Numbered from the stretch's first letter, positions 50,278 through 64,000 are shown. The stretch is DNA of 64,000 nucleotides from Adineta vaga (GCA_021613535.1 CP075497.1:12090001-12154000); one strand, 5' to 3'. Notes: generated by a model from the letters alone, not told the origin. A program made the numbers and translations.

Positions 50278-52104
50278 TTAGTCGTTCATTTTAGAATATT
50301 CATCAGCTATTTTGGACATACGAGCAGCAGCTAAGGATATATTTGTTCTCGTTGGTGTTTCTCGAGTTCTTGTCGCTCTTGGCAAAGTTCGAGTTGTTGT
50401 TGTTATGGGTTTTCTTATTGTTGTAGGAGGTGTAGACACTTTGTTTTCCATTTGTAATGATGCAGGTAGTTTTCTTTCCACAGAATCAAGTGTAAATGGT
50501 GTATCACAAAGAACATCAATAGCAAATTTAGCCAAGGAATTTGATTCAAAACAAGCTGGTACTATGTAATACTCTTCTCCATCTTTTAGATTTACTAATC
50601 GAGATACAGATCTTGCTCGAACAAATGCTGGTTCATCGTTCAATGTATTCGAAATAACATAAACACCGATCGGATGATGCTGAGCAAGTGGCACATCTGC
50701 TTCAAATGATTGACGAAGAATGAATCGAACAGATGATGGATTTGATAATGTCAGAAGATATGCAGGATTTTGATAGAATGTTGTTGCACTAGATTTTATT
50801 CTTCGACCACCAGCATTTTCTTCACGCCATTCTCCTTGTAAAATTTGAGGAGTTTGTTGAAAAGCACTTGTCCATGTTCGTAAGTCAATTGATGGAAGAG
50901 ATTGTTGTGAAAATATTTGTACCCAAAATGCACTATGAATGTTTGGATAAAAGGTCGATAGAACAATTGCATATTGTTGTTTCTGTTTGGGTTCAATATC
51001 GATAGAGAGAGTTGCCTCACGTTTATTCCAAAATTTTGATTGACAAACAACTTCATAATTATCATGAGTAGAAATCGGATGGGATTTCAACTGAACGACA
51101 GTAATACCTATCTGTGCGTAATTAAGTTTAACATCGGTTGTCGTTCGTTGATGTCGTTGATCAACCATATGACCAAGAACTACGATCATCTTTTTCAAAG
51201 AGACAGCAGGTACAAGAATGAATGGATTTCGATAGAATGTTGAATAATTCGAACAACCACCATCGGTTATTGATGACCAATGGCCAAATAATATTTGTTG
51301 AGGTTCAACAGTTAAATGACATATTTGAATACGATTACATGTTTGTTTTAGATCAGACCATGATAATAATTGAGTTCCTGGTGTAGTTGACCATAATGGA
51401 TGACTTCTAGAAATAGTTTTGAAGAATGCCTAGAAAATAATATGAGAATAAAAGTTTTTGTAAAGATTATCTCTTACATCTCGTGCTGACATATTTTCAT
51501 TTGATATATGATTAATTCCATGAGGATTATGTATAAGAACATATTTCTCTCGTGTCTTCTGATAAATAAAAGTCGTCAAAATAGCATACGCATGATTTAC
51601 TACTAATCCATTAGTAGCAACGGTTGTTGTCATTTCATTCGTTACAACAGCACCACAAGTAACTAATATATTTTTTTGATTTAAACCTCTTTCAATCTTA
51701 TCCCACACATCTGTAGTACTCGGTTCAAATTCTTCGACTGGTTTCCCAAGTAAATCATACATTGCTTCCGATGTATTTCCTCCAGTTAAATTTTCATATC
51801 GATCTCCATAAAATCGAGCATAAGCTTGTTCAATAATATAAGGCCATTGCACATCCTTAACTGTTGAACGACAATATTGATATTGATCTGTAAATGATTC
51901 TAATACGACTGGAATTTCGATACGTTCACCTTGTCGATAGAAAAAACATGTCAATGATGATGTCGAAATGATTGATTTAAGTAAATGTGGTTGACATGAT
52001 GCTAATGTTTGAAGTGAAGCGATAAGAAAACAATTTCCTAAACGACCTTGAACAATATCACCATGGTAAGGTTCACGATTGGATGGCCACACATTTGCAG
52101 ACAT
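50278..52104 (-). CDS. Calpain-family cysteine protease (CysPc + two domain-III/C2-like), 2 exons
   Basis: Catalytic triad motifs DIVQGRLGNCF, GLVVNHAY, HNPHG. Intron 51430-51477. Two G-x-W...GG...TFYxNP repeats. No EF-hand or MIT domain. Confidence 0.88.
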
Positions 52105-53089
52105 TTTTCAATCTTAACTAACAACACCTAAGTCAAAATGTTGTGTAAGAAAAGATTTTTTTGTATATATGATACTGTTTTTTTCTTCGTTCTTATCGAA
52201 TATCTTCAAATATATATATAAGAAATTATGACTTTTCTTGTAGTGAATTATGTGAAAGAACTACAAACGTGATAAACTCGCAGAAAGAATAAAAAATCCA
52301 AGAAAAATTATCTTTATGTCTATTTTCAAATCCTTATAAATATATACGAACGTAATGAGTAATGTTTCACTTTGTTATTATGACGATATAAAAGAATTTA
52401 TTCAATCGTTTCTATGTATAGAATGACATTTAAATATAATACATACGTAATACCTTTGAAATCTGTTTCCAGATGATTGGCAAGAAGAAATTACATAAAA
52501 CGTGTTGTTCAATATGAGTCATGGTGTTGCATAGGAAGCAAATAAAAAGCCAATAGACAATCTTTCTTCATCGTTCTGTTTCATTTAATTCATGAGAGCA
52601 TTTCTGACGTCATTTCTTTTCGTTTTAAAAATATAATTTCAAACGATCGATGTTAAATACCTATCTTCTTTCACTCAATTAATTGCTCGTAGTATGAGCA
52701 AACAATACAACGATGAGAAAACCTATTAACATCCTCTTTGAATATTTTCTCCAAAAAATCTGCTAACGGATTCAATCTAATTCTTCAATTTTTATTTAAG
52801 CGGCATCTATTCAATTCTTAATTGAGACATTAAACATGATTTAATTATTTAAAGATGATTCCAAATGATATTTTACAAATGAATTTGTATGAAAAATTAG
52901 AATTCAATCTCTAACAGTGTTATCTATATAGTCATTTGTATGAAGTGACCAATAGATATTAGAAGACGGGTGATGATGAAGAAAAGAAAATACCTCGATG
53001 AATATATATACATTCGTATTTTTCTTTTCCTCTTATTTCTTTTCGACTATATATAAATTGTTTCAATTTCAATCGTAACACGCACTTCC

Positions 53090-56000
53090 ATGAAGAAAAT
53101 ACAACTTGGTTCACGTGATTTACTTGCTAATGGTGGTGGTTGTCCTGTTGAAGTGAGTCATTGATAATTCATTTACAATTATTGGTTTTCTTTTCTTACA
53201 AAGGTCTTCTGTCGTCTACGACCACCAAAAGATCCGAATAATGATCAACAACAACAAACAGATAATTCATCATCATGTATTAAAGTTTCGAGTCCAACAG
53301 AATTGATTCTCTATTCATCTGAAGTCAGTCGAAAAGAATCTTTATTTCTTCTTAATTTCAAAGATTAATTTACATATTTAGAATACGAAAAATGGACAAA
53401 TTAGAGAAGTAAATCATTTATCTTTATGACTTTGATTCGATTGAAATTTTCTTTTAGTCCCGTTACGAATTCAGTCATATTCTTACAGATAGTGTTTCTC
53501 AGTTATCTGCATTTAAAGAATTAGCATTGCCTTTACTTGACGATTTTATTCAAGGAAAAAGCAGTATGTAATTTCTTTGCATTTGAAATAAAAGATCATT
53601 GTATGGAACTATTTAGGTGTATTATTTACCTATGGAATAACGGGCTCAGGCAAAACATATACAATGATGGGTCCATTGAATAATCCTGGTTTAATTCCAC
53701 GTTCATTCGATGTTGTTTTCAATTCTATTGGATCTTATCTTGGCAAAAAATACGTTCGTTTTTTCTTCAAATTTATTCTTCTTTTGTATTGTCGATGATT
53801 TCTTTGATCATTTAGCTTCTTCGTTCTGATCGACAAAATAGTTATGAAATTCAAAGTGAAGCTGATATTTTACTTGAACGTCAACGTCGAGAAATTCAAA
53901 TAAACAAAAATGGAAATAATCAACGTACAAAGTAATAAAGACAACTTTTCTAATATCATTCAATATTCAATCGATTTAGATTTCCTGAATCATACAATAC
54001 TCGTACATTGGATATGACAGCAATACATAATCCACAATTGAACGGAAATTCATCTTATTTTGTCTTTGTGACATTTGTTGAGATTTATAATAATTATATT
54101 TATGATTTATTTGATGATGATATTCTTAATAAGTAGAATAACTCATATTTTAATTGAATCTATCGATTGATTTCTAGAGCACCACAATCGAAACAATTAC
54201 GTGAAGATAATCGTGGTCGACCGTATATAAAAGATGTGAAAGAAATTGAAATTCGTTCTAGTGAAGAAGCGATTGAATTATTGAATATGGGTTTAAAACG
54301 ACGTCGTATTGCTCATACACAACTAAATACGGAATCAAGTCGTTCACATAGTGTCTTATCAATGCGTCTTGTACAATTTCAAAATGATATTCCACCAACA
54401 TCATTAGTAAATCATTGATTATTCTCATTTAATCATATGAATAATCTGTTTCATTTTAGACAAAAGATGATTTAACGATCAGTACAATACATTTAGTTGA
54501 TTTAGCTGGTAGTGAACGTGTTAATCGTGCTAAGACAGTTGGTGAACGACTGAAAGAAGCAGGTAATATCAATGCATCATTGATGGTTCTTCGACAATGT
54601 TTTGAAACTTTACGAGAAAATCAAACACAAGGTATCAGCAGGGTAAATCTTCTATGATTTCGCAGCGTTAAAGATGATATGCATATTTTCAATGTAGATG
54701 GTTCCATATCGTGAATCAAAATTAACGTCATTTTTCAAAAGTTATTTTGATGGCGAAGGTCGAATACGAATGATTCTTTGTGTTAATCCAACTGTCGATG
54801 GATACGAAGAAATTCAAGTAAATGATCGGATATTTAATCTTCTATTTGAATTATGAAATTTTTAGCATGCATTAAAATTTGGTGAATTAACGAAAGATGT
54901 AATGGTACCACGATCTTTACCACCACCACCGCCAGTTCCACCCAAATTAGTTCGTATGGGTGGTGCTCTACGTGAAGTCGATAATCAACCACAGCAACAA
55001 CAATCAAATGCACAATCAATTCTTTTTACTGAATTCAAGTAAAAACAAATTGACTTTAATAAGAGAACTCGTCGATGATTAAACATTCATTTCTACTTGT
55101 CTAGTGCTCAAGCATTAATTGCTCCATTTCCACCATTTGATTATTCATTATTGGATGGAATTGGTGATGATGAATCTCTGTTAATTCTTCAAGAACATTT
55201 ACGACGACGAATGGAAGAACGGCAACGATTGAATATAGTTAGAAATGACTTCTTTGTTTTAAAATCATTCCTTTGAATTTCTTCTAATTCTAGCTTATTC
55301 AAGAACAACAAGAATTCTTACGTAAATTTACGCTTGAATTAGCATCAGATTATGATTCAACTATATCGAATCATGAAGATTTAACAAAAGAAAATGAACA
55401 ACAAACAAAAACAATTCGTCATTTACAAACACGTATTAAACTATTAGAAAAATCCCAGAATGATATTTTGAAAACAACAAATCAAACTGAACGTGATAAT
55501 AAAACATTAAAAGCACAAGTATTTTCTTCTTCAATTTTCTATCTCAAATAATTAATCAACTCTTGTAGATTGAAGAACGAAATAATGAAATTAAAGCATT
55601 GAAATCCGATCGACGGAAAGATAAAAATGATTTTGAAAATAAAATGAAAATCAAACTAAATGAACTCGAACAACAATATGTAAGAAAATCAAAACTTTTA
55701 TTTATTAAATCTCTTCTTCTTTCAAGATCAATGAAATCAAGAATAAAGAAATTAAAATGCGTGAACTTGGACGACAACACGATGATAAACTCAACATTAT
55801 ACGATCAATGACTACAAACAATACCTTTTCCAATGAACAATTTCTAATTCCCATCAATCCAACATCAACACAGTTCGTATCAAATCATTCACATAAAAAA
55901 TTCTTACAAAAACACTTGCATAATTGTAGAAGTCCAACAGAAAATGCTTATCAAAATCAACAACAACAATATCATCGTGTAGAAATGATCATATCACAAA

Positions 56001-56740
56001 ATTGTAATACACCCGATGCACGTCCTAATCCTCATACACCAAATACTGAACCAATGCATGTTGATCATAATAATGGACATGCAGTTGTTGCTCACCCACG
56101 ACAACAACATCGACGATCAAGATCATTGAGTGAAGTTTGGCTTGAACATCGACCACAAGGAACAGTTCAAACAGGTTTATTGCAACATTGAACTATATAT
56201 AGAGAAGATAAATGATTTGTTTTGATTTAGAGACTCTTCTTCAACCGAAATTTCATAAGAAAGTCTGTACCCAACAAGCACCGGCGAAAGGTGAAATCAT
56301 TCGAACAACAAAATATGTTTTGACACATCAAAATCTTGATGCACAAGGTGAAATTGTCACTGATTTTGTGAAAGTAATTTCAAAATATTTCGAAAGAAAA
56401 CAAATTCATATCTTTCATCTTTCTTAGGGTGATGTTCTTCCATCGAGTACTGGTGGTGTAAATGTTATTTTTAATGATGTTGAACGATTAACATGTACAT
56501 CACCACCAGATCCATTAATTTTACATAAACGATGTCAAAGTGAAGAACGAGTTCTTCAAGAAGTATAGATTTCAATTTTTTTTATTCATCGAAAATTTCT
56601 GTTTATTTGTTTTTAGACAAATACACCATCACCTTCGTCTCGCCAGGGTCCTGCTGTAGCACCCAAGTAATGCAAAACCTTTCTGATTGATTCAAATTTC
56701 TGATCATTTTCTTTTTTGTTCTAGACGATTTCGTATGTGA
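53090..56740 (+). CDS. KIF23: Kinesin-6 family mitotic kinesin MKLP1/ZEN-4/Pavarotti, multi-exon
   Basis: [50 protein letters not shown], coiled coil, HRRSRS, and the MKLP1 C-terminal KYVLTHQ...[21 protein letters not shown]; ends PK|RFRM*. Confidence 0.92.
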
Positions 56741-56999
56741 AAACAATTCTTACTAAACAAATTTCCCCAAACTAATTTGTCTCTTTACATTACTATTTCT
56801 ATGTATTTTCGTCTTCTTCCTAATTCTCTAGTTATTTGCGTGTGTGTGTGTCTCTTATCAAAATGTGAATCTATTCTTGTGGAAAAAGAAGAACAATAAA
56901 TGAATATAATCGAAATTATATTTTTACTCAAATAAATAAAAACGTTTTTTTCTCAATTTATTTAATACATTAATGAAAAACAAAGCGATAACTTTGAAA

Positions 57000-58636
57000 T
57001 TAAATAAGTTTCCAAAGTGCAGCAATAGCAGCTGGTGTCCAATTAGGTAATGATGTATGTGATTGAAGACATTGATATGTTTTACCTTCGAATGTCACTC
57101 GTTCACCGACAGTATATGATTTATTTGTTTGCCATGGAAGAATATCTCCAGAAGGACCTTGCGTTGTTTGACCAGTTGTAGTTAAAGATGGTGGAGTCGA
57201 TCGAGCAGTTGAAGGTGTTGGTGAAGTGGATTGATATGTGACTGTAGCTGGTGTTTGACCATTAAATAAAGCTGCATATGTAGCACCAACAAGTTCTGCA
57301 TTTCGATCACCACTTAATTCCCAGAACATTGCACCACCTAATTGTTCTTGTTTGATATAATTATTTTTCAATGTAATTGATTGGAGATCATCATAACTAA
57401 TCCAAATACCAGTGGATGGATTGAATAGATATGGAACTTTTGATGCATCATCCCAATAACGTGTATAGGTTGGTAAATAACTTTTTTTTAAATGATCATA
57501 ATCAAAAATACCGTTTTCCCATGTGCCCATTGGAAGTTGACTTGATGCTGATTGCGAAAATCCATTCATAGCAGTACTTGTAACTCCTTTTAGAACAAAA
57601 GCGATTTAGTTGCATTGAAGAAAAGAAGGAACAATGAATTTACCTTGCCAACCACGTCCATATAAACCTAAACCCATAATGAGTTTCGAACGTGGAACAC
57701 CAGCAGAAATATATGCTTGAATAGAAGCATGACAATTGTATCGTGATTTAATAAATGATGGTGAAATATCAGTAGCTGTCTCAGCATCATTTTTATATAA
57801 AGGAGCATTATGACCAGTCTTGGCTTCCCATCCACCTAGAAACAAAAATAGATCTACATATTTTCAAGTTAATCTATATGACATTTACCATGAAAGTCAT
57901 AAGTCATCACATTAATCCAATCAAGATAGTTTGTCATGCCAGGTAAATCCATATCAGCAATGCGTTCTGTACCAGCACCAGTTGCAACAGTTAATAAATA
58001 TGTTTTACCATCAAGAGTACCAGCTGTATCGAGTTGTTGACGAATTTCTTTCAATAAAAGAACATAGTTTTCTTTATCAACTGGTCGAACAATATTGCCT
58101 TGAAGACCACCAGATACAGGATATTCCCTTAATAAAAGAAATTCGTTATTTAACTGTTACATATCTTCAACATCGATCGATACCAATCGAGATCAACTCC
58201 ATCAAAACCATATTTTTGTACAAATTCAACACATGATCGAGCAAATTTCGAACGACTTCCAGCTGTTAGAGCGACATCAGAAAATTTTCCAGACCATGTC
58301 TACAAAAATATATTCATAAAATAAAACAAAACAAAAAAGAAATTAATTTACCCATCCACCAACAGAAATTAATGTTCGAATATGTGGATATTTTTGTTTA
58401 AGTTTAAGTAATTGATTAAAATTTCCACGTAATGGTTGATCCCATGTATCACCTGGAAAAGCTTTTTCAACATCAGCCCATGAATCACCTAAGACCAATA
58501 ATCCATCTGAACCAATATTAGCAAAAGCATAATTGATATGTGTGATTTTATCACCTGGAATATCAGCAATGAAATATGACCGAGAATAAATCGACCATGC
58601 AGCGAAGTACGCTACAATAATAGGTGCTGCAATCAT
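57000..58636 (-). CDS. GH18 chitinase with C-terminal CBM5/12 (ChtBD3); bacterial-type sequence with 4 spliceosomal introns
   Basis: Exons 58352-58636, 58184-58299, 57889-58127, 57644-57835, 57000-57586. Motifs KITHINYAFANI, GNFNQLLKLK, ISVGGWTWS, FDGVDLDWEYP, VMTYDFHG, GGAMFWELSGD, a Thr/Pro linker, and YTVGERVTFEGKTYQCLQSHTS...LW. Confidence 0.93.
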
Positions 58637-61600
58637 ATCTTTTCTATTATATTAATCTCAATTTCAGATCAGTTTTTCTAATTTATATACATAACAATGG
58701 ATGAGACAAACATATTTGAAAATATTTATTTTGCTCTATTAATATTTCTATTATTATGAGAATAAAAAGCATCTGAGCATTTCGACAAGGTGTGGATTGC
58801 AAAAGAAGGTCCAATATTTAAGTCTTTTGCTCTTGTTTAATAACATTCGTTTTTCGTTATTTTTTTTCTCACAAGAATAGATAATCATCTTATTCGTATT
58901 TACTGGAATTTTTTCGAAATCTACAAAATTATCTTTATGTAATAATGCCTCGTCACCAAGTCATATATTATTGATGTCCATACAGTGCATTTTATAAATA
59001 GTTATATTCGAACAGACGCCACGTAAACAAGGGTGAGAGGTGAGATATCCTTACCAATATTTTCTACTCTGTTACACCCCTGAAAAAGTGAATGATTTTA
59101 TCGTCGATGGAGAAAGAAAAATTAATAAATTTATATATTTTCTCCATTCAGATATAAATACACAATATTATCGTTTTTTATCCGAAAAATCTTTTACAAA
59201 AATTTTATCATTTCTTAAGCAAATGTTTATTTCCGTAAGTATGATTTACCATCTATGACTTTCATTTGTTATGTTTCTTTAAAATCATGAATTTGGTTCA
59301 CTTGAATCAAACAATGAGAAAGGCTTTCAAACTAATTCCTTTAAAGATTTGCATAACTATTGTAATAAACAAAAGAAGAAATTAATATTCTATCCAAATG
59401 ATCAGAAAGAATAAATCTTCATAGTTTTAAACGAGACATTCATCTGACAAACTTGAATTTCTTTTCTTTTTTCTTTACAAAAACTCTTATGACGACAATC
59501 GACTCCGGAAATCAAATATGCAAGTCTGGTGCAAAGAAAAAGATATCCATTTGCACAAATTATTATATATCAATGGAAGTTTTGATTCGTTTCAATACAA
59601 TGTGCTTTGTTTTTCTCTCGAATCCTCGATATTTCTTTGAAATTATATATCAAAACATTTGTTTTTCTAGAAACTCGTAGGAAGAAAGAAAATAAATGTC
59701 ATTGAATGATAAAATGTGATATTTAGATAAAAATTCGATAATTTACGTAAGCAAATTGAAAGAAAATGTTTTGTTTATCAAATAGAAAATTTTCCAGGTA
59801 AATAAATCCATTTAGATTCGAATAGAAAGAACTTTTCGCGTCAATACGTTTTAGTTATTTTCATTCTAAGAAGCAAAGTAAAGAAATATTGCTTCCGATT
59901 GAAGAAGAAATTTAGTTGAGAGTTTGATTTCAAAATATCCGCTATTATTCGATCTTCCATGTCAATGAATTCTATTCTTTCAAAAGAAATTCGAAAGATT
60001 TGATGAGTTTACGTGATGATATTGATCAAATAATGAAATCTTCATCATTATCTTTCTTCTATCCGCAGGGGTATTCGATAGAAACGATGGATTCAATCGA
60101 ATTGTTTAATGAAATCATTCAATCGTAAACTAAAATGAGAAGAAGAAAAAAAAATCATCGTTTTCTCGAAAATATTTCCAACATTCTTCGTCATTTTTTC
60201 ATCAATTTAATTATTTTTGTTCTTATTAATCATTTCTGACATAGAACTATTTTCCCCTGATACTATCAAAGACTTCTTTCGGAGTATTTTCTATGAGTTC
60301 ATTTCTGATTGAATGCATTGGAGCAATTTTAATTATCAAAGGAAGACACTAAAATCATCAGAAACTGCATACCAGGACTTAAAATTATCGATTCTGTCTG
60401 ATCAGATTATGTTTTCAAGAATAAATAACGTCATTATCACTTATATCAATGATGAACTCATTGGTAAAAAGATTTCTGACTAAATCAAATAAAATGTACG
60501 ATCGATTTAATGTTTCTCGTTTAATGAGAATTTTCTATTATTTACCATCAAAGCAAACATTTGTTATTCAGTTTTTTTTGTAACCTCGTACACAATAGTT
60601 TGCATTATTGACATTGAGTATTATAGTGTCAATAAGAGAAGAAAAAAGGATAATAAAATTATTTCAATATACGGACAAAGAAGTAAAATCTCTTTTCTCT
60701 GAGTTGTTTTTATCTGATAGAATGTTTTCTTGTTTGTTCATCATTTCGATTAGTATTTTTCTTGAAAAAATTGATAAGCGAAGTTTATCTTAGTAATTGC
60801 ATCTTTGATAATGCTTCCATTTCTGTTCACATCCGGACATACATTCATTTCGTTGGAGTGTTCAATACTGAATGTAGTTTTAAGCTTAATCCGGATACTA
60901 TCCCGGAACAAACATGATTGATCATCATTATTATCGTTGTGAATCTACTGATGTTGTTGTTGTTGTTGTTGTAGTTCATCATGATGATTTGTCTCTTCTT
61001 CTTTTTTTATCGTCAATAACGTCTTTTTCTCAAGTGACAAACGAAGTTCGAATGCATTTTTTGACATCGAGCATTGCAAACGAGAAAACCTACTAGGCAA
61101 ATGTCAAAAAATTGTCATTTCATAACGCGATCCGAAGAACGACAATGATGTCTTATTACTCTTGAGACCGAGGAAAAAAAAGCAAAAGAATGAACGTTTT
61201 ATCAAATAACAAGAAAAGCAGAAAAAAACCGGGGGCACACGCTCGGGCTAACCAGGAAATCTATAATTGATCGGTGGTTGATTCCAAGATGCCGACAGAC
61301 AAAGAAAAGGAGACAGACTATCTCTCAGTTCGAGTTAGTTCGATATACCAATTTCTTCTTCTTCTTCTTTTTCTTCTTTTTTTTTGTCATTGGAAAGATC
61401 GCATTTGACTGATTATATGATAGAAAAGAAGCTTCTTAGATAGATTTCTTTTTCTTCTTTTCTATCAAGGGAGATTTTCTGCAAGAGAAACTTGTTGGAT
61501 TTAGCAACATTTATCATTCTTGAGGATGTCGAATACACACATATATATCATAATAAACGAGTGCAATTGCTTGATTTAATGTCTCATAAAAATGTAGTTA

Positions 61601-63066
61601 GAATGATGATTCTGTTTTTGCATGCATTGCATAAATCGATTTTTTCCCCTTCTTCTGCTTGTTTTCTTTCTCGAGATACGTTTTCTTGATAAATGAGAAA
61701 ACTAAGTACATCATTTCTATATAATTAGAGTCAAAGCTTTTCTTTGTGTGTTTTGTTCAATTCTTTATGTGTAATGATATAATTAGAGTATTCTTTTTGT
61801 CCTCCGGTAAACATTGAGATATTTGCTGTTCGCTAGTTTTAGGAAAATTGCTTTGCTATTTGTTCATTCGTTCATCGATTTTAATAAGTGAGTCTCTTGA
61901 GTGAAGAATGAATTATCATCTTTTACTTTCATTTTTTTTTCTTCTGTTTTTTTCTCCTCTGAAACACGATATAATCATGTTTGAACATGCAAACTGTTAA
62001 GGGAATGATGAAGGTAGTCGAAAACGGATAGATAACATGTGAATTCGTCATTGATTGAATGAATGAGTGAGTGAAAAAAAGTAGGAGGGTTAAGCGCGCT
62101 GTTCCCGGGAAACGGAACACATATACACAGACACATAACGTTGTTGTCAAGGCATTGTGTACTGTAACAAGAATCTTTCTGTCGACAACGACAAAGATGA
62201 AACAAATAGAAAAGAAAAGAAGAGCGATGTTTTGTCAAATAGAAAGGAAAAAAGAGAAAGAAAGAAAGAGAAAAGGAGAAGAACGAAAGATACTCATACA
62301 ATCTTGTGTATTTTTTATGCAACAACAACAACGTCCCTTGTTACATTCTTATATTCCTCGTTTGTTTCTTTCGTCTTCTACAACTAAAATAGGAGGGATA
62401 CAATCATCGCTGTGTTACTTCGTAGTCGCTTGCACGCTGAAAACGACACTGGATTCTTTTAGTCGTTGTAGTACTACGCGATAAAGGAAAAAAAGAAAAG
62501 CAAAAAAAAAGAGGAGAATAATGAACATACTTGCTCTCTCTTCTCAGTTAAGAGAAAATGAGAGAGGGAAAAAGCAGAGAAAATCAATTTTCTTTTCTCA
62601 GTTGGGCATTACAACGTGTTCTGCTTTTTTTTCCTCTTTTTCAAAAAATCTCTTATTCTTTCTTCTTTTTTATTCTATATTTTTCTCTCTTTTTTTTATA
62701 TAACTACCAAGCGAGAGTCGTCGTTGTCGCCGTCACCACCATAGAAAATACTCTTGCCGGCGTCGTGCTACAAGAAAGATAAGTTGTTGCTCCTACTACT
62801 ATTGCTACTATTGCCTTGTGCTCTTGTGCATTACGTCCGCGTTGAATCGGACTATTCCTTTCTTTCTTACTGACATACACACACACACACACATTTTCTC
62901 TCCTACCTCCGACTGAACAACGTTCTCTTCGATTTACACGATATCCCGGTGTTGATCAACCAAGACAAATTCTTTCTTAACGAACCTGTACACAGGTCAA
63001 CATTCAAACAAACATACATATTTATAAGTGGAACTTTAGGGTAAATTCAATTCCAATCACATTACA

Positions 63067-63069
63067 ATG
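63067..63069 (+). CDS. Possible ATG-only first coding exon of a gene continuing beyond the window
   Basis: ACAATG immediately followed by a consensus GTGAGT donor, after a C-rich UTR-like stretch (62700-63066). No downstream exon seen. Confidence 0.35.
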
Positions 63070-64000
63070 GTGAGTATGATGGAAAAAAAAGAAAAAAAAA
63101 CGGAAGTGTATTTTTCCCTCTGTATCATTACAAGAAAAATAGCTAGTAACCAATTTGTTATTTTTCTTTAACTTGACGAAGTATTTTTTTTACACTTGAA
63201 ATTTTCAAGACATGATTAGAAAAACTTCCGTTTGATCGAGATATCTAAAGAAAAAAAATGAATCCCTATTTTGATCCATCTAAATTTATATCTATAGTCG
63301 ATGTTATTTATAACTTTTAAAAAAGATAGATTTAGATTTTGTATTTGTCAAAAGAAGAAACTCGTCTTACGTCATTAAAATACGTCATTTAGTTTTTTTT
63401 CCCAAAGAAAAAATATTAAAGAAAACAATAATCAGTAGAAAGAATCTGTTCAAGTAATAAACATTTGTTTTTCTTATCATCGAAGAAAAAAAAACATAAG
63501 AACTTATGATTTATTCGAATGAAGCAGAAAACTTCTAATTCACACAAATTGATACTTGAACAAAACATGAGTTTTTATTCTCGAGCCTTTTTGTATGACA
63601 TTCACAAGTAAAAGAAAAAGGAGAATTCGAATTTTGTTTTATTACAGAGAAGGAAAAAGATCTTTGAAGTTCTCTTGCAAAATCATTGCATGTTAAAAAA
63701 TCCTAAGACGATTTCCTGAACACCAAATGATAGTGACATACTGTCAGAAGAGATCGAAAATCTTTTTCTCGCGCTTTCTTTTGAAGCAATAATAGTGTGC
63801 ACATCTTAATTGATTATACGGGTGTCTACAGAAAGAGAAAGGGAGACCTAGAAACAACACACACGAGAATGCATCTGATTGTTGTTCTCGTTACTCGGAA
63901 TATGCCATTGTCGAACGAGTAAGACTACTAGTAAAGATAAAACAAGGACAGATATTTAGGACTAAGAAAAAACAACAGAAAGATTTGTATGATTGGATTT

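Noticed and set aside
57000-58636. Bacterial contamination explaining the chitinase
   Set aside because: It has four spliceosomal introns, host-like AT content and a duplicated relic linked to KIF23.
60790-62892. Short low-complexity ORFs on both strands
   Set aside because: They derive from microsatellites and purine/pyrimidine tracts; no domain or splice support.

Overview
This is AT-rich eukaryotic (animal) genomic DNA with many ~50-60 bp GT-AG introns. Gene content (intron-containing bacterial-type chitinase, F-box/LRR and PAN/beta-propeller families) suggests a bdelloid rotifer; that is an inference. Intact-looking genes are a secreted Cys-module protein, EIF1AD, a USP22-like deubiquitinase, an unknown Ser/Arg-rich protein, a class A GPCR, an MCT/SLC16 transporter, an F-box/LRR gene, an MRCK-type kinase, two copies each of a PAN+beta-propeller gene and a multi-TM gene, a calpain, KIF23/MKLP1 and a bacterial-type GH18 chitinase. 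The most striking feature is at 23.3-27.5 kb. One F-box exon is followed by 24 tandem phase-0 exons, each encoding one LRR (23 are exactly 84 bp/28 aa) and separated by near-identical 57/59-bp introns. Variation is concentrated on the exposed LxLxxN codons, so this is a candidate modular, exon-shuffled, variable substrate receptor. The 11-58 kb region is an old tandem duplication with reciprocal gene loss (MCT/MRCK kept in one copy, kinesin/chitinase in the other) and a recently homogenised core. It also holds several CACTA/CMC-, hAT- and foldback-type non-autonomous elements. All identities are by-eye estimates; no searches were run.
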